A stretch of DNA of 64,000 nucleotides from positions 2,283,337-2,347,336 of the forward strand of contig OZ244829.1 of NCBI GenBank assembly GCA_965220415.1, given 5' to 3'. The notes under the pieces were generated by a model. The model was not told the DNA's origin. It worked only from the letters and a program-made list of their open reading frames with translations, and ran no database searches. The DNA comes from Candidatus Poribacteria bacterium. GTDB taxonomy: Bacteria > Poribacteria > WGA-4E > JAJDTR01. Shown in pieces: positions 60,935-64,000 of this stretch; the first letter of the stretch is position 1; the number at the start of each line of letters is the position of its first letter. The position numbers were made by a program, and so were the translations under genes.

Positions 60935-60987
60935 GATATGTCTATCCAAGCCAAACGGGAACAACAAGTAGCCACCTCGGTAAAGAT

Positions 60988-61968
60988 ATGTCTGAAGAAA
61001 AATCTCATGACTTGCACGATTTCATGCGGCAACTAAGCGACAAGATGGCTGCGAATTACAATCTTATTCGAAAGCGGACAGCCGAAGATCCTGGAACCGC
61101 CGGTGACCAAGGCGAAGAGAATTGGGCAGAATTGTTGCGTGGATGGCTTCCTCGCACTTACGAGGTTGTGACAAAAGGCAGGATTATCGGTCAAGATGGA
61201 CACACAAGTCCACAGATTGATGTACTGGTTCTAAAGAGCATATATCCTAAACAGCTAATCGCAGAAAATCAAAAAATGTATCTAGCCGCCGGCGTGGCTG
61301 CTGCCTTCGAATGTAAAACCACTCTAAAATCTGCACATATTGAGGAGGCAGTACGGACCTCCGTGGAAATTAAGGACTTGTATCCAGTTCGCGAAGGATC
61401 GCCCTACAAGGAGTTACACGCCCCTATTGTCTATGGACTGTTGGCGCATTCACATTCTTGGAAGGCGCCTAATTCAACGCCTGAAGAAAATGTTCTGGAG
61501 AACCTGAGGGTTTCCGATATGCTCTTCGTCCCACATCCGCGTTTAAGCCTTGATATGCTCTGCGTTGCCGACCTCGGAGCACGGATCTTGATGAAACTCG
61601 CGATCTCGACTTTGCCTCGTAGTATTGAATCGTACCCACCTTCGCTGCGTCGCCTATACGTACATGCGTCGACCGGGTATGGTGAGCATACACCCTTTCG
61701 CGAAAGCCCAAGGCGCAATTTCACTCCGATTGGCGCTCTCATCACCAACCTTACTGAACTACTTGCATGGGAAGATCCGACTCTGCGCGATATTGCTAGC
61801 TACTACCGTGCTACGAAGATAGGTGGTGGCGGCCAAGCTAGCCTCCGTCAATGGCCCATTTCAATATACAGTGACGCTGTCCTGAGTCAAATTAGGCGTG
61901 AGCGCCCGCTAATACGGAAGGCTGCGAGTTGGGATGAATGGAAGTTTGGGTTTGGCATTTGGGCGTGA
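60988..61968 (+). CDS. DUF6602-like protein (putative PD-(D/E)XK nuclease)
   Basis: GDQGEENWAELLRGWLP, SPQIDVLV, AFECKTTL. Confidence 0.7.
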   Translation: MSEEKSHDLHDFMRQLSDKMAANYNLIRKRTAEDPGTAGDQGEENWAELLRGWLPRTYEVVTKGRIIGQDGHTSPQIDVLVLKSIYPKQLIAENQKMYLAAGVAAAFECKTTLKSAHIEEAVRTSVEIKDLYPVREGSPYKELHAPIVYGLLAHSHSWKAPNSTPEENVLENLRVSDMLFVPHPRLSLDMLCVADLGARILMKLAISTLPRSIESYPPSLRRLYVHASTGYGEHTPFRESPRRNFTPIGALITNLTELLAWEDPTLRDIASYYRATKIGGGGQASLRQWPISIYSDAVLSQIRRERPLIRKAASWDEWKFGFGIWA

Positions 61969-62410
61969 TGAAGTATAGGCTCACCACGAATTGCAAACTG
62001 ATGAGAACGCAGTATCAAGAAAACAGTTCCATGTTCTAGAAACATTTTAACAAGGAGATCGAATCTCCGGGTTAGAGTGTATTGTCGGACGTTTCCCACT
62101 GGATCAATCAGCTTACGCGGAAGACGCGGATTAAAATCTGTTGAAACCTTCAGACGAAAAATCTGTGAAATCCAATCAAGCGAAACGGATGGTGAGTACG
62201 ATAGAGATTCCTTAATCCGCGATTTGGACAATTGCCGAAAATGCACAAGTTCCTTTTTCGGTCATTTTCATAAGACACGTTAGATTTATGCAAACGTCGC
62301 TGATTAACCCACATTTATCCGCGTCATCAGCGTAATCCGTTTAATCCGCGATTCAGACACTCCGCTAATGTCGCATTCGTTGTGAACATCTGTCAATATC
62401 CGGACGAGTC

Positions 62411-63601
62411 ATGCACATGAAACAATTCATAGCCTGCTTACTAATTAGTACGTTATTCGGAACGACACCCCATCTTGTGTCCGCACAGCAGAACCAAAGC
62501 CCGCAATATTCAGCGCAAGAATTTGAAATCCTCAAGAACCGAGTGTCGGAACTCGAAAAAAAGCTTCAAACTGTGGAAAATACCGAGAAGATGGAGTTGC
62601 AAGCGGAACTTGCTGAGGCAAGGGCTGAACTTCTCAATGCGGCGTTTGGCAAGTTTGAGAGGGAATTGCGGGATTCGAATGACAAATGGCTGAGAACGTG
62701 GAGTCATTGGTTCTTGGGCATAATCGGTTTTTTCGCGCTAACTCTCCTTGGGGTTAGTGCCGTTTTTTGGTATTGGCTAAAATCCAGAGCAGATAGATTA
62801 ATTGCGGACCAAATTGAAAAGAACCTTAACGGGTTCAAGGAATCTCTGAAAGAGTTCCAGTTATTGAAGACTCAACTAGCGGACTTAGAGGAAGCGGTTG
62901 TTGTTACTCTGTTAGAACGGACTTTTGAGCCTGACCTAGGTAGCGAAATTGGCTACCCTAGAGAAAACAAGGCACGTCGTGACGAAATCCTTAAAGGTCT
63001 TCGAGCCGAACCTCTCTTAAATGTAACTCAGAATGAAAAGTATCCCCTAGCACTAAGGCATAAGGCGGCAGAAATACTGGCTATGAGGTCGCCACCGCTA
63101 ATCGCGCCCTTGTTAGAATCCCTAAATTCTATGGTAGATACAACCTCAGAGATGGATTCTCAAGCAGAACAACGACTGCGCAACTCAGTATATATTATCG
63201 GACAAACTTATACCCAAGACTCTTACGATGGGTTAAAGCAATTCCTCACCCGTTTATTAACGGAGAATCCAAGACATAAGCGTTTGATTCTTACATGGAC
63301 AGTTTTTTCGTTGGGTTGGGTCAGCGTTAAACTGCATAAGAAAGACTCAGTGACTATTCTAAAATCAGCTATACCCCATTTGGAGGATCTCCAACCGGAA
63401 CATGGGGCTCTGATTGATTTAGTTGGGCATCTTGATATGCTCGATGCGCCCGAATGCCTAAAGCAAATGCTCCGTGTTCATAAAGAAAAAATGCCGTCCG
63501 ACGTAAAGGAAAAACTCCTGGAACTATTGGACAAGCACGACCCTGAGTTTGTAGAAAAATGGCGTGCGGAAAACACAACGGATGACACAGAATCGGAATA
63601 A
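62411..63601 (+). CDS. Hypothetical protein: signal peptide, coiled coil, TM helix, helical-repeat C-domain
   Basis: 396-aa ORF; N-terminal signal ending VSA, TM segment FLGIIGFFALTLLGVSAVFWYW. Confidence 0.7.
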   Translation: MHMKQFIACLLISTLFGTTPHLVSAQQNQSPQYSAQEFEILKNRVSELEKKLQTVENTEKMELQAELAEARAELLNAAFGKFERELRDSNDKWLRTWSHWFLGIIGFFALTLLGVSAVFWYWLKSRADRLIADQIEKNLNGFKESLKEFQLLKTQLADLEEAVVVTLLERTFEPDLGSEIGYPRENKARRDEILKGLRAEPLLNVTQNEKYPLALRHKAAEILAMRSPPLIAPLLESLNSMVDTTSEMDSQAEQRLRNSVYIIGQTYTQDSYDGLKQFLTRLLTENPRHKRLILTWTVFSLGWVSVKLHKKDSVTILKSAIPHLEDLQPEHGALIDLVGHLDMLDAPECLKQMLRVHKEKMPSDVKEKLLELLDKHDPEFVEKWRAENTTDDTESE

Positions 63602-63610
63602 GGATCCCTT

Positions 63611-64000
63611 ATGAACCAAAACCAACTCGACATCCCAATCCAACCGGTTGAACAGCCCATCCTGTGCAGCCCCTACGAAGAACCCGGCGCCCACTGGGTC
63701 TACGACACCGAAACCGGCGAAGCCAGCCAGCATCCCGGACGCCGCGAAGCCGGCTACTGGTACAAAACCCAACGAACAGGCACCGAACAAATCCAAATGC
63801 GCTTTGTTCAAGAGGAGGAACGGGACGACCTGCCTCTGGTGAATGCGTTACGCGCCGATGTCCGAAGATGGAGGGAATCGAATTACCGCAACGCGACCAA
63901 TGTCACGCGCGAACTGCTGAACCACTGGACGCGCGAGGATAAGGAGCGGCGCCTCTTCTTCTGCCAACGCGAAGCCGTTGAAACGATTATCTGGCTCGCC
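63611..64000 (+). CDS. Type III restriction endonuclease/helicase (Res), N-terminal part running off the window
   Basis: Manual translation MNQNQLDIPIQPVEQPILCSPYEEPGAHW...LVNALRADVRRWR...RLFFCQREAVETIIWLA; no stop in window, so absent from the ORF track. Confidence 0.85.
   Translation, partial: MNQNQLDIPIQPVEQPILCSPYEEPGAHWVYDTETGEASQHPGRREAGYWYKTQRTGTEQIQMRFVQEEERDDLPLVNALRADVRRWRESNYRNATNVTRELLNHWTREDKERRLFFCQREAVETIIWLA

Noticed and set aside
62310-62360. Short 9-bp-period repeat (atccgcgtc/atcagcgta/atccgttta/atccgcgat)
   Set aside because: Only four degenerate units of a common intergenic low-complexity repeat; no function can be supported

Overview
Bacterial chromosomal segment of about 50-55% GC. 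The repeat-rich intergenic style resembles Candidatus Poribacteria, but that is an unverified inference. Most genes are housekeeping: kdsB, clpX-like, sat, nth-like, rpoZ, hisC, ispG, purD, XPB-like helicase, folK, dprA, yceD-rpmF-fabH-fabD-fabG-acpP-fabF, lysC, hom, nagZ-like, archease, queE, hisS, aspS, tRNA-Ala(GGC) and tRNA-Pro(GGG). There is also a decayed IS1595 island and, at the right end, a defence-like island (Ntn-hydrolase-like gene, type III R-M mod, two cargo genes, start of res). Intergenic DNA holds GTAG-type REP palindromes and at least four MITE families. The most unusual signal is a ~36-nt element, consensus ATCAA-NN-GA-NN-GRATA-NN-GA-NN-GCGATAG(T)AGATCCC, present in about 25 copies. 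Its variable positions covary as a hairpin with tandem G.A mismatches. It inserts without target duplication into REP hairpins, MITEs and itself, forming tandem and nested arrays, and both empty and filled alleles of the same target are visible here.
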